Below, one piece after another: positions 32,890 to 43,600 of a stretch of DNA of 64,000 nt. Both the position numbers and the translations under genes were made by a program. Positions within the stretch are counted from its first letter, which is position 1; every line of letters begins with the position of its first letter. Below the pieces are notes generated by a model. It saw only the letters and a program-made list of their open reading frames with translations, ran no database searches and was not told the DNA's origin. The DNA is from Candidatus Adlerbacteria bacterium (GTDB taxonomy: Bacteria; Patescibacteriota; Minisyncoccia; Phycocordibacterales; SBAW01), in NCBI GenBank assembly GCA_029288895.1, contig JARIGK010000003.1, positions 13,868-77,867 on the forward strand. The letters run 5' to 3'.

Positions 32890-33735
32890 CTATTTGTCAA
32901 GGCCTATAAAACGCCGTGAATTAAGGAGGATTTGCTCCCGGACGGCTTCGAGACCCATGTTTTTGAGCTCAGCTATTTTCTTTACCACTTCGCGCACGTG
33001 GATAGGTTCGTTGCGCTGGCCGCGGTATGGCACAGGCGTAATGTAGGGCGCGTCAGTCTCTGTCAGCAGCATGTCGAGCGGAGTGTTTGTAATAACCTCG
33101 TCGTAATCGTGTGTAAACGTGAGTACCCCTGTGAATGACAGAGTGAAACCCAAATCCAAAAATTGTTTCGCGATATCGTAGTTCCCTGCAAAGAAGTGCA
33201 CATCGCCCTGCACCTTTGCATGCGACTTGAGCATTGCAATGGCGTCAAGGTACGCATTCGCATCCGAACTGCTTTGGTGTGCACCATCGCGGATGTGGAG
33301 CATCAGCGGTTTGTTTACTTTGTTTGCAAGTTCGATGTGCTGCAGAAATACTTCTGCCTGCACTTTTTTTGTATCTTCTTCGAGGCGGTAGTAATCCAGC
33401 CCGCACTCGCCAATCGCAATCACCTTCGGGTGACGCGCCAACTCTTCGTACGCATCAAAATCAAACGCCTCGCCGCGCGAGGTAAACGCCTTCCCCTCCC
33501 CGCCCAACTCTTTGGTGTCGTGGAATGACTTTGCCGTATGCACGGGGTGGAGCGCCACACTCGCCCACGCCTCATCGTACTTTTCTGCCAATGCAATTGC
33601 TGCACGCGACGTATCAATCTGCGTGCCCACCAAGTTCATCCCAACCTCCGCATCCTTAGCGCGCTGCATCACCTCATCTTTGTCATCCTTGTACGCCTCA
33701 AACTGCACGTGTGTATGCGCGTCGAAATACTTCAT
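32890..33735 (-). CDS. tatD: TatD family nuclease
   Basis: DAHTH, IGECGLDY, LHIR, ETDAPY, RNEP. Confidence 0.95.
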   Translation of the reverse strand: MKYFDAHTHVQFEAYKDDKDEVMQRAKDAEVGMNLVGTQIDTSRAAIALAEKYDEAWASVALHPVHTAKSFHDTKELGGEGKAFTSRGEAFDFDAYEELARHPKVIAIGECGLDYYRLEEDTKKVQAEVFLQHIELANKVNKPLMLHIRDGAHQSSSDANAYLDAIAMLKSHAKVQGDVHFFAGNYDIAKQFLDLGFTLSFTGVLTFTHDYDEVITNTPLDMLLTETDAPYITPVPYRGQRNEPIHVREVVKKIAELKNMGLEAVREQILLNSRRFIGLDK

Positions 33736-33737
33736 AC

Positions 33738-34202
33738 CTACTGTTGTGCAAAATAGTCGAGCGCCGCAAGCGCATAGGTGCGCACACCGTCTAATAGCCC
33801 AAGCGTGTTTTGTTCAATCTCATCTCTTGTAACCCAACGGACTTCTGCACGTTCATATTCTGCCTTTACCTCGCCGCCTATAACTTTGCCGAAATATACG
33901 AAATCAATGTGCTCGTGTGTCTCGTTAAAATTGTGGCGATTGAGAAACATCGGCGGAATTAAATCGCGAGAGCCATCGGTTGGCGCATGGGCCAATTGCG
34001 GGTTGCCGATAAGCTCAATATCTAACCCTGTCTCTTCTTGCACTTCGCGCACTGCGGCTTCGTTGGGGTCCTGATCGAGCTCGATATGTCCCCCAGGCTG
34101 GAGCCAGATACCTAATTTCTGATGTTTATGGAACAGGACGGCATTATCCTTCACGACATACACGCTTGCAGTGAAGTCTATCTTGTCGTGGATATGCGCC
34201 AT
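33738..34202 (-). CDS. NUDIX hydrolase
   Basis: Nudix box GGHIELDQDPNEAAVREVQEETGL. Confidence 0.92.
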   Translation of the reverse strand: MAHIHDKIDFTASVYVVKDNAVLFHKHQKLGIWLQPGGHIELDQDPNEAAVREVQEETGLDIELIGNPQLAHAPTDGSRDLIPPMFLNRHNFNETHEHIDFVYFGKVIGGEVKAEYERAEVRWVTRDEIEQNTLGLLDGVRTYALAALDYFAQQ

Positions 34203-34204
34203 GG

Positions 34205-35644
34205 TTAGTCTTTGCGAGCAAACAAATTCTCTGGTTTTTTGTTGGCCATAATACCCTCAATTATTTTCTTTGAAGTTTCCGGCAAAAAAGGAGCCAGCCA
34301 ATGTGCAATCTTTGTTAATTCTTTTACCTCTTCGATAATCATCGACCGCCCAAGCTCTAGATTAGTTTTTATTTCTTTGTATGGCTGATTCTCCGTTAAG
34401 TGCTTATCAAGGAAGCCTATATGCTGCCAAATAAAGTCCATAGCAGCGTTAACTTCGAAATCATCGAGCGTATTACGTAATTGCATAGGAAATTCGGTGG
34501 TTTCAATTTCTACCGCTGATTCGAGATTTTTCTCTGCCAGAGTCAGGACACGCGAAACGAGGTTGCCGAGACCGTTCGCCAGGTTCGCATTGTAGACCTC
34601 TTTGAATTGTTCGCGGGTGATATCGCCATCTTCAAATGGTGAGATGTGTCGCGCGAGGAAGTAACGCACCGCTTCGCTTCCGTATTCAGATATCAACTCT
34701 TCAGGGTCGATGACATTGCCGAGTGTCTTCGACATCTTTTTGCCACCCGAGGTGATAAAGCCGTGCACAAGCAGCGTCTTAGGTAGTGGAAGGCCGGCCG
34801 ACAGCAACATACCCGGCCAAATAGCCGCATGGAAACGCAAAATATCTTTGCCAATCACATGCACATCTGCGGGCCAGAATTCTTTGTAGAGTTCATCATC
34901 ACGGCCATACCCAAGCGCCGTGATGTAGTTTGCGAGCGCGTCACACCACACATACATTACCTGTGAGTCATCGCCCGGTACTGGCACGCCGAGGCCTTTC
35001 GGCCAGTGATCTTTGTGCGGGCGCGAGAAGCTCACATCTTCCAGTCCTTCGTTTTTGATAAACGAAAGAATTTCATGTTTGCGGCTCTCTGGCACTACCC
35101 TATATTCATCTGTTTCGATCTTTTTTTGGATTTCGTTTGCGTATTTTGAAAGGCGGAAGAAATAATTTTTCTCCTTCAAAAATTCCGGTGCAGTGCCATG
35201 GTCGGGGCATTTTCCATCAACCAAATCTTTTTCTGTCAGAAAGGCTTCGTGGCCCACGCAGTACAAGCCTTCATATTCTTTTTCGTATATATCGCCTGCA
35301 TCAACAAGTTTCTGCCACAACGCTGTGGCACCAGGCCAGTGTTTTTCTTGGTCTGTGGTGCGGATAAACTGATCGTACGAAATCTCCAGCTCGCGGAAGA
35401 GTCCTGCAAAATTTGCGACGATACCATCCAAGAATTCGAGAGGCTCCTTCCCCTCTTTGACAGCAGCATCAACCATTTTCTGCGTATTTTCGTCAGAGCC
35501 AGTAAGGAAGTATGTTTTGTCGCCCATCAATCGATGGTAACGAACGATGATGTCCGACAAGGTTGTCGTATATGCATGCCCCAAATGCAACTTGGCATTG
35601 GGATAGAAAATAGGCGTCGTGAGGTAGAATTTTTTGTCTGCCAT
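34205..35644 (-). CDS. metG: Methionyl-tRNA synthetase (short form)
   Basis: HLGH, YVWCDAL, GKDILRFH, KMSKT. Confidence 0.96.
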   Translation of the reverse strand: MADKKFYLTTPIFYPNAKLHLGHAYTTTLSDIIVRYHRLMGDKTYFLTGSDENTQKMVDAAVKEGKEPLEFLDGIVANFAGLFRELEISYDQFIRTTDQEKHWPGATALWQKLVDAGDIYEKEYEGLYCVGHEAFLTEKDLVDGKCPDHGTAPEFLKEKNYFFRLSKYANEIQKKIETDEYRVVPESRKHEILSFIKNEGLEDVSFSRPHKDHWPKGLGVPVPGDDSQVMYVWCDALANYITALGYGRDDELYKEFWPADVHVIGKDILRFHAAIWPGMLLSAGLPLPKTLLVHGFITSGGKKMSKTLGNVIDPEELISEYGSEAVRYFLARHISPFEDGDITREQFKEVYNANLANGLGNLVSRVLTLAEKNLESAVEIETTEFPMQLRNTLDDFEVNAAMDFIWQHIGFLDKHLTENQPYKEIKTNLELGRSMIIEEVKELTKIAHWLAPFLPETSKKIIEGIMANKKPENLFARKD

Positions 35645-35655
35645 TACCTTAGAGG

Positions 35656-36717
35656 CTACTCTGCCGCTGCGCGCTTCGCAAGGGCGCGTTTTTTCTCGCG
35701 GTCGATGTCGTTGACGTATTCCTGGATTGCGCCCGCGATAGGCACCGAAAGCAGCACGCCAAGGAAGCCTACGAGCTGGAAGCCAATAAGCAAGGAGAGG
35801 ATGACCAAGAGCGGAGGCACGCCCACCACCTTTTTGACGACAACCGGGTAAATCAAGTGCGCTTCAAACTGCTGCACGATTATGTAGAGGCCGGCGATCA
35901 AGAACGCTTCTGTGACACCACCGGCAACTAAGCCTATGGCAATGGCAGGCACCATCGCGAGGATCTGTCCGAAGACTGGAATCAGTTCAAACACGCCTGC
36001 GAGCACCGCAAGCAAGAGCGGGTGCGGCACGTCGAGTATCAAAAGTCCCAAGTAGAGCAAGATGCCGACGATGAGCGCCAAGACAAGCTGCCCCTGCATC
36101 CACTTCCCTATTTTGTTTTGCGAACGGCGCCAGAGGCCAAGCACGTATGCCTGATTATCGATCGGCGTAATCACACGGAGAAAATCATCGACACCCGTTT
36201 CTTGTACAGAAAAGTAGAACGAGAAGACGACGATCAAGATAAATGATGTGACGCCACCAAAGAATGCCGAGAGTGCGCCGAACGCTTCGCCACTTGAGCC
36301 TCGCAATGAGGACGAAAGATTGCTCAAGACATCAGCAGACGAGAAGGCTTGGCCAACATTACCCCACGGAAGGAGCCCGTGCGTGACGTCAGTGATATTC
36401 AAATTCGAAAGGGTTGCAGGGAGCTGTGCGACGAAATTGGCGATATCACTCAACACCGGCGGCACGAAGAAGAATACGACGCCAAAGAATGCGCCGATAA
36501 CGAGTATGTACAGCAAAATGACGGACAGGAGGCGCGGGACGCCGCGGCGCATCAAGCCGTGCACGCCTGGCTCCATCGCCGAGGCAATAACAACCGCCGT
36601 GAGCACAATAAGGACGATGTCGCGGAGGAACCACAGAAGCCCCACCAATATAAGAAAGAGGATGGTTTTGATAATCGTCCCCGAGGAGATGTGGACGTTG
36701 ATGTCGCGTTCAGCCAT
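35656..36717 (-). CDS. AI-2E (PerM) family transporter
   Basis: Multiple TM helices; ELIPVFG, QQFEAHLIYP. Confidence 0.9.
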   Translation of the reverse strand: MAERDINVHISSGTIIKTILFLILVGLLWFLRDIVLIVLTAVVIASAMEPGVHGLMRRGVPRLLSVILLYILVIGAFFGVVFFFVPPVLSDIANFVAQLPATLSNLNITDVTHGLLPWGNVGQAFSSADVLSNLSSSLRGSSGEAFGALSAFFGGVTSFILIVVFSFYFSVQETGVDDFLRVITPIDNQAYVLGLWRRSQNKIGKWMQGQLVLALIVGILLYLGLLILDVPHPLLLAVLAGVFELIPVFGQILAMVPAIAIGLVAGGVTEAFLIAGLYIIVQQFEAHLIYPVVVKKVVGVPPLLVILSLLIGFQLVGFLGVLLSVPIAGAIQEYVNDIDREKKRALAKRAAAE

Positions 36718-36740
36718 GCCGAAACTATATCACACCAGCA

Positions 36741-38138
36741 CTAGAGTTTGGATTTGATGAAGGATGCGAGCTCTGCTATAGGCATACGAGACTGCTCGCC
36801 CGTGTCACGGTCGCGCACGGTAACAGTGTCTTTATGCTCTGGATTCTCACCCAACGTGTCAAAGTCGATCGTGATGCACCACGGCGTGCCAATTTCATCC
36901 TGGCGGCGGTAACGTTTGCCGATGTTACCGTTGTCATCCCACACAATCTGCGGCACTTCTTTCTTCAAGTTTTGATACACCTCACGCGCCTTCTCTACCA
37001 ACTCTGGTTTGTTCTTCAAGAGCGGAAACACTGCAGCCTTCACCGGCGCCAAGTGCGGCGGGAATTTCATCACGACGCGAGTTTCCCCATCCATCTCATC
37101 TTCGAAGTATGCGCTGCACAACACAGCCAAGAACAAACGGCCCATACCCATCGACGTTTCCAAAATCCAAGGAATAAACTTCTCTCCTGTGTTCGGGTCG
37201 GTATAGCGCAAATCAACACCAGAGAATTTCATATGCTGCGACAAATCGTAGTCGGTGCGGTCGTGAATACCTTCCACCTCATCAAACCCAGACGGGAACT
37301 CGTACTCGATATCCCATGCATCTTTTGCATAGAAGACGAGATTCTCGTGTTGCTTGAAGCGCAGTTTTTCTTTAGGAATACCAAGCGTCAGGTACCAATT
37401 AAAGCGATCCTGTTTCAATTTCTCGTACGGCTCTTTGTTTTCGTTCGGGCGGATGAAGAGCTGTGTATCGGCCTGTTCGAATTCACGTGTTCTAAACAAA
37501 AAGTTACGTGGCGAAATTTCGTTACGGAACGCCTTACCAATCTGCGCAACACCAAACGGCAACTTCGGCTGCATGGTGTCCACAATATTTTTGTAATCAA
37601 GGTAGATACCCTGGCACGCCTCCCCCGGCAAATAGACAGGATCATTCCCTTCTGAGGTAAAGTCACCCAAATTGCTCTTTACCAAGAGGTTAAATGCCTT
37701 TGCGCGTGTAAAATCTTTTTTTCCGCAGACAGGGCACGCGATTTCATCACGGTGCTGGTCGAACAATTCGTTGATTGCTTCTTCCGACATTTTTTCGTCG
37801 GCGCTAACGCCCAAGCTTCCTAGTTCTTTATCGACACGGATACGCGCATGGCAATTACGGCATTCTGCAAGAGGGTCTGCAAACCCGCCAACATGGCCCG
37901 ACGCTTCCCACGTACGTGGATGTTTAAACATTCCTGCATCAAGCCCGAAGTGATTTTCTTTATCGTAGACGTTCGCCTTCCACCACGATTGTTTTAAGTT
38001 ATTCAAAAGCTCAACACCGCGCGGGCCAAAGTCATACACACCAGCCAAGCCGCCGTAGATTTCGGAGCCTTGGAAGACAAAGCCGCGGCGCTTGCAGAGC
38101 GATACGATTTTTTCCATTACGTTGTTGGTGTCAGACAT
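36741..38138 (-). CDS. glyQS: Glycyl-tRNA synthetase, dimeric type
   Basis: KRRGF..SEIYGG, FRNEISP, FRTREFEQ, YRRQDEIGTP. Confidence 0.97.
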   Translation of the reverse strand: MSDTNNVMEKIVSLCKRRGFVFQGSEIYGGLAGVYDFGPRGVELLNNLKQSWWKANVYDKENHFGLDAGMFKHPRTWEASGHVGGFADPLAECRNCHARIRVDKELGSLGVSADEKMSEEAINELFDQHRDEIACPVCGKKDFTRAKAFNLLVKSNLGDFTSEGNDPVYLPGEACQGIYLDYKNIVDTMQPKLPFGVAQIGKAFRNEISPRNFLFRTREFEQADTQLFIRPNENKEPYEKLKQDRFNWYLTLGIPKEKLRFKQHENLVFYAKDAWDIEYEFPSGFDEVEGIHDRTDYDLSQHMKFSGVDLRYTDPNTGEKFIPWILETSMGMGRLFLAVLCSAYFEDEMDGETRVVMKFPPHLAPVKAAVFPLLKNKPELVEKAREVYQNLKKEVPQIVWDDNGNIGKRYRRQDEIGTPWCITIDFDTLGENPEHKDTVTVRDRDTGEQSRMPIAELASFIKSKL

Positions 38139-38155
38139 ACAAATGTAGAGTTGGA

Positions 38156-40090
38156 TTATTGAACAGTGCCCATGTTGCCGTTGTAGCCCGCGTCGCCCGA
38201 AAGCTGCGTAGTTGGGCCATTTGCCGAGGCACTAACCTGCGTCTGTGCAAAACGATCTTGGCCCGAGAGCGAAGCGGAACCTGTGAGTGCCGGCGCCTGG
38301 CCGCTTTGCGACGAGCTAGGCTGGAGCGATACCTGGAAGGCCGCCGTACGTGCTGGACTTCCAACACCGCTGCCTGCTTTCAAATCCCCCATCGACCACG
38401 TTACCGTGCGGCTCTTTTGGTCGTACGCCACACCGCTGCCTTGAGCCGCCGCAACAAAGGTTACGTACGATGGCAAGGTTGCAGACACAGTCGCATTGGC
38501 AATGGTATTCGATGTGTTTGAGGCCGTCCAGAGAATGGTGTATGTCGTGTTTTGGCCAGACATTGGTGGCATCGGCCCGGTGTTCGAGAACGGCCCCGAG
38601 AAGTGGAGCGCCTGTGCATTTAACGTTACTTGTGACGCGACACGCACCGACATGGATGCAGCCGATGACACCTGCTCTGGAACGTTCTGTTCGCCTTGGC
38701 GCGTACCTTCTACGCTCAAGTTAAGCGAGATGGTCGGGTTCGAATACAGCGTACCGCCTGCACCCGGTGCTTTTGTTGTAAAGCTAAACGGCAACGTTGC
38801 AGTTGCCCCTGGAGCCACCGTCGCAAGCGTCTGCTCTTGGTCCTTCGACCACACGAGCGTCGAGCCCGACGATTGGTAAAACGCCGTAGGTGCCGAAATC
38901 GAACTTGTGTCGATTGTTGGACCGCTAAAAGAAAGTTTGAGCGTCACGTCGGACACCGCATCCGGCAAATTGTTGGTCCATGTCACCGTGCCCTGCACCT
39001 GCGTACCTGCGGGCACTGACACGGTTTTGCCGCTCTGCCCCGCGACTGCGAGTTGTGCGGTGATAAACGGGCGATGCACCGCGAGCGTTTGCGGCACCGA
39101 AAGGTACGGCACCGGGATGCGCGTATCAGTTTCATCGGCATCCGAACCTGCTAGGAAGTAGAAAACGCGGCTGTCGCCATCTTGGCCGTCGAGCGAACCA
39201 GTGAGGTGCAACACTTTGCTTTCGCCTGGCTCTAGCGTGCCCAAGCGCCACAACGTATTGCCAGCCATCGCTTGCGGCGACGTATTCGCCGCACTAAAGC
39301 CAAATGGGTACTGACCTTGGATCACAACATTGTCGAGCGCCGCGGGCGCATTGCTTTGCACGGTAATATCCATGCCAAACTGTTGCCCCGCAATGGCTTC
39401 CGATGGTGAGGCAATCGATATAGAAACAGGCGAAGAGCCGACGGTAAACGTCATGTCGGCATCGCGTTCAAAAATGGCGTTTGAGCCGTCGACGTTGTAC
39501 TGCAACTGCACCGCTACTTTTTGCTGCTGGCCTTCTTGGCCGTAGAAAATTGCTTGCGCGGTGCGCTGCACGGTTTGCCCCGCGCGTATGGTGCCAATGG
39601 ACTGGCGTTCATGCACTAAAGACTGCGACGGGTTGGCCGGGTCGCGTGTACCTGAGGGGTACGTCAGTATCAAGTCTGCCAACTGCAAGTCGGCCTGGTT
39701 TCTGTTGGTGATCAAAATCTGCAAGCCGCTTGTTTTCCCACCGTCGATAACAGACGGCATAACAACCGTAAGGTCGATGTTTTGCGGCGAGATGCTATTG
39801 CCGCCCGAGAAAAAGAGGTAGACCGCCACAAGCGCTGCCGCGCAGAAAAATGCCAGCGACACCAACAAAAATTTGGTTGGGAGCGACATCTTCGATTTTT
39901 TGAGTTTGGGCGACAAGGTAAATTGTTGTGCGGGTTTTTCTTCTTTTGCATCTGGCCACGCAACAGGCGGCCGTGATTCGTTGGGAGAAAGCGGTGTACG
40001 TTCGCTCGGGTCCACACTCGCAGGGTTTGCCCTTGAATAAAGCTTGTCGTGCAAGCCGTCGACGGAACGCTTCTTCTCCTCTTCCTGCAT
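38156..40090 (-). CDS. Membrane-anchored multi-Ig-like domain protein
   Basis: One TM helix followed by about four beta-sandwich repeats. Confidence 0.8.
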   Translation of the reverse strand: MQEEEKKRSVDGLHDKLYSRANPASVDPSERTPLSPNESRPPVAWPDAKEEKPAQQFTLSPKLKKSKMSLPTKFLLVSLAFFCAAALVAVYLFFSGGNSISPQNIDLTVVMPSVIDGGKTSGLQILITNRNQADLQLADLILTYPSGTRDPANPSQSLVHERQSIGTIRAGQTVQRTAQAIFYGQEGQQQKVAVQLQYNVDGSNAIFERDADMTFTVGSSPVSISIASPSEAIAGQQFGMDITVQSNAPAALDNVVIQGQYPFGFSAANTSPQAMAGNTLWRLGTLEPGESKVLHLTGSLDGQDGDSRVFYFLAGSDADETDTRIPVPYLSVPQTLAVHRPFITAQLAVAGQSGKTVSVPAGTQVQGTVTWTNNLPDAVSDVTLKLSFSGPTIDTSSISAPTAFYQSSGSTLVWSKDQEQTLATVAPGATATLPFSFTTKAPGAGGTLYSNPTISLNLSVEGTRQGEQNVPEQVSSAASMSVRVASQVTLNAQALHFSGPFSNTGPMPPMSGQNTTYTILWTASNTSNTIANATVSATLPSYVTFVAAAQGSGVAYDQKSRTVTWSMGDLKAGSGVGSPARTAAFQVSLQPSSSQSGQAPALTGSASLSGQDRFAQTQVSASANGPTTQLSGDAGYNGNMGTVQ

Positions 40091-40114
40091 CTAAAAAGTA
40101 TACCCTATCGGCAA

Positions 40115-40693
40115 TCAGAGCCCAGTTTCAGCGAGCGATGCATTGATGGCGCGTATCACTACCGGTTTCGATTGCCGAACCGCTGCGATAAGTTCGTGCG
40201 AAAACTCACTGCCTTCCAAAAACGGCGTGAGTGCAGGCCGCTGCTCGACATAGCCAAGGATGGACAAAATACGCAAGACGAGCACGCATTCGATAAGTTC
40301 GATATCGGCATCAGGGGCGCCTGCTACATACCGAAGGCCATTCGTAACATTCTCATAGAGCATCGGCACCCGCTCTTCGCCGTGAATGAGGCGCAACAGC
40401 AAGCGTGCGATGCGGCCGGCACACGCGCGCGAGGCACGAGTATCCCCCACGTACGCATGTGATATATGTTGTGCACCTGTGAGCTTCCACTCGTGTTTGC
40501 CGCGCAGAAGAGAAAAGGTGCCCGCAGTCAGTGTCTCAAGCCCGTAGCGGAGTTTGGAACGCTCGAGCCTCGCCGAGCGCGCCGAGCCGCGGATGACGCC
40601 AAACTCTTTTGTGAGTAAGACCACCGACGTGTTGGCTTCGCCGCGGCCGCGTTTGGCAAGTACTATCCCCTCGCTCGCAACAATGTCGTGCAT
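40115..40693 (-). CDS. recO: DNA repair protein RecO (short)
   Basis: EGIVL...GEAN...LLTKEFG...ARSAR..RSKL N-terminal OB-fold pattern. Confidence 0.8.
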   Translation of the reverse strand: MHDIVASEGIVLAKRGRGEANTSVVLLTKEFGVIRGSARSARLERSKLRYGLETLTAGTFSLLRGKHEWKLTGAQHISHAYVGDTRASRACAGRIARLLLRLIHGEERVPMLYENVTNGLRYVAGAPDADIELIECVLVLRILSILGYVEQRPALTPFLEGSEFSHELIAAVRQSKPVVIRAINASLAETGL

Positions 40694-43600
40694 TACTTCA
40701 CTTCCAAGACCAATGCTTTCAAGCCGGTTTGTGCAATAAGCGTTGCGTTGTATTTTTCTGCCACAGATTTTTCTTCCGCACTTACCTCGAGCGTCATCGT
40801 TGGGCGGTCACTAATCGAAAGCTTCTGCTCTTTGCGCCACTCTTGGATACGGCGCGCGATGTCGCGCACCATCCCCTCTTCCTTGAGTTCTGGTGTAAGG
40901 ACGGTATCGAGCACAACCTCTTTGAGGCCTGCATCAACGACAACTTCTTTTACGTTGACTTCGTCGGCGACAATCGCGCGGAGTTCGTCTGGCAGTGCGT
41001 GGTTGATAGAAAGCTTCGCGAGCGGCTGGCGCACTTTGATGGCTGCCTGGTCGCGGGCTTTGAGGCCCGCGGATGCGGCGTCGCGTGCAATGTCCATGTC
41101 GAGAAGCAACTGCGCATCGACTGCGCCAGCATGCGGCCAGTGTGAAAGGTGCACGCTGCCCTCTTCGCCTATGCCTTGCCAAACACTTTCTGCAATAAAC
41201 GGTGTGATAGGCGCCAGGAGTTGGGCTACTGTGCGGAGCACGTGGCGTTGCACCGCAACGCACAACGCCGCATCGGCGGTGTCGCTGCGAGCGCGGTCGC
41301 GCGAGCGGCGGACATACCACGTCGAGTACTGTTCGATAAAGGCGCGTATAGGGCGGCAGGCGTTAGGCATGTTGTATGCATCAAATGCTGCAGTGCTTTC
41401 TGCTACCGTTTTGTTCAAGAGCGAGAGTACCCAGCGGTCGAGCGGGTGCGTGCTTGTGGCAACGTCTACATCGGAAACTTTATCGCGGTAGAGTTCGAAG
41501 AATTTAAATGAGTTCCACAGGGTGCCCACAACGCGGTTATGTATCTCGCGCACATCTTCGTCGCGGAAGTTCAAATCTTCCGCCTGCATCACGACAGAGC
41601 TCATCAAGTAAAAGCGGTATGCGTCCGAGCCCCACTTCTCCATCAACTCCCACGGGTCGGTGTAGTTTTGCTTCGACTTACTCATCTTCGAGCCATCGGC
41701 CGCCAAGATGTTGCCCGTCACGGTCACTGCTTTAAATGATCGTTTGCCAAACAAGAAGACGCCCATCGCGTGCATGTAGTAAAACCACGTGCGCGTCTGG
41801 CCGATGTATTCGGCGATAAAGTCGCCCGGGTATCCTTTTGGCGCAAGGCCAAAGAAGCGTTCGGGATTCACCCGCGTTTTGTCGTGCGGGTAGCTCATCG
41901 ACGCAAACGGCATCGAGCCCGACTCCACCCAGCAGTCCAAGACTTCTGGGATGCGCTCGTAGCGGCTCCCCTTTTCATCGACCAACACAACATCGTCAAT
42001 ATAAGGACGATGCAGGTCGAGCTCGAACTTTGCATTGTGCGGGAATGGCGTAAATGGCAACGGCATCGACATGCCAGGTTCTATAAATACACCGTCGCGT
42101 TCGCGCGCAATATCTTCGTTGGTTTTATAGTGTGCCACCTCATGCAAAAGCCACGCCGGGCATTCGTGCGTAACAATAAGAATACGTCTGCCAATATAGC
42201 GGCGCTCAAGTTCAAAAAGAAACTCACCAACGCGTCGGCGCACATCTGCATACGTTTCTCCGCCCTCCACCGCTTTTTCGAAGCGCTCCAGGCGTGACGG
42301 AAACGCATTCCTCCAGTCAGCTATTGCTTTCCCATCATAGACACCCATTTCGATTTCGCGCAGACGCTCGTCAGTCATCAATGCCGAATCAGGCAGGCCC
42401 AATTCTTTCAGTACAAGTTTTGCGGTTTCTTGCGTACGGGCCAACGGCGACGCAACGATCATATCGATCTTCTCTTTGCTCAACGTTGCTGCAGTCGCAC
42501 GCACAACACTTCTGCCCGTCTCTGTTAGATGATTGTCGGGGTTGCCCTTCGTTTCAAAAACGCCCTTCGTATTATTCTCCGCCTCACCATGACGCATCAT
42601 AAAATAGGCGTTGCCAGATTTTTTCGTCTTAGAAAGAAGTTCTTCCAAAGAACCCACAACCATCAACTTCTTCCCTTCTTTTTCTTTCCAAATAGGAAGT
42701 GGTGATGCCCAAAAACGATTGCGCGAAATGGTCCAGTCCGGCGCATTCTCGACGATGTTGCGGAAGCGCCCCTGCTTCAAGTGCTCGGGGAACCACGTCA
42801 CCTTGTCGTTTTCTTTGAGCATTTTGCTCTTTATCTTTTGGATATTCAAAAACCACGACGGCACGGCGTTGTATATAAGTGCGGTGCCGCAACGCCAGCA
42901 GTGCGGGTAGCTGTGCGTATACATCTCGCGCGTGTGCAGCAAGCCGCGCGCTTCCAAATCGGCTTTGATATCTTTCTCGCCCTGCTTGATGTACTTGCCG
43001 CGCACAAGTTCAGGCGCCAAGTGGTTGTAGTGGCCGTTGCTTTCGAGCGTCTGCACCATCGGCAACTTTTCGCGGAGGCCAAGCTGGAAGTCGTCCTCGC
43101 CGTACATCACGGACGTGTGCACGATGCCGGTGCCGTCTTCTGCCGAGACAAAGTCTGCCGCCCACACTTTGTATGACCGCGGGCCTTTGAGTGCCGGCAC
43201 GTCAAAGAGCGGCTCGTACTCGATGCCAACCAAGTCTTTGCCCTTCAAGTCACCGCCATCTTCGTGCTCTATATAGTGTGCATTCCCCTCCTGCACCACG
43301 GCGTAGGTAATGTCATTGCCCACAGCAAGCCCTACATTGCTTGGCAAGGTCCATGGCGTCGTGGTCCACGCAAGCAGGTACGTATTTTCTGGCAAATTAA
43401 ATCGGCGTGGGTTTTTAACCTTAAAGCGCGCCACGACCGCTTCTTCTGTCACATCTTTGTAGGTGTTGTCGGCGGCGATTTCTGCTTTTGCCAATGGCGT
43501 TTCGCAGTGCGGGCAGTACATCAAGACCTTGCGTCCCTCGTACATCAAATTTTTGTCGTGCAAACGCTTCAGCGCCCACCAGATGGACTCGATGTAGGAG

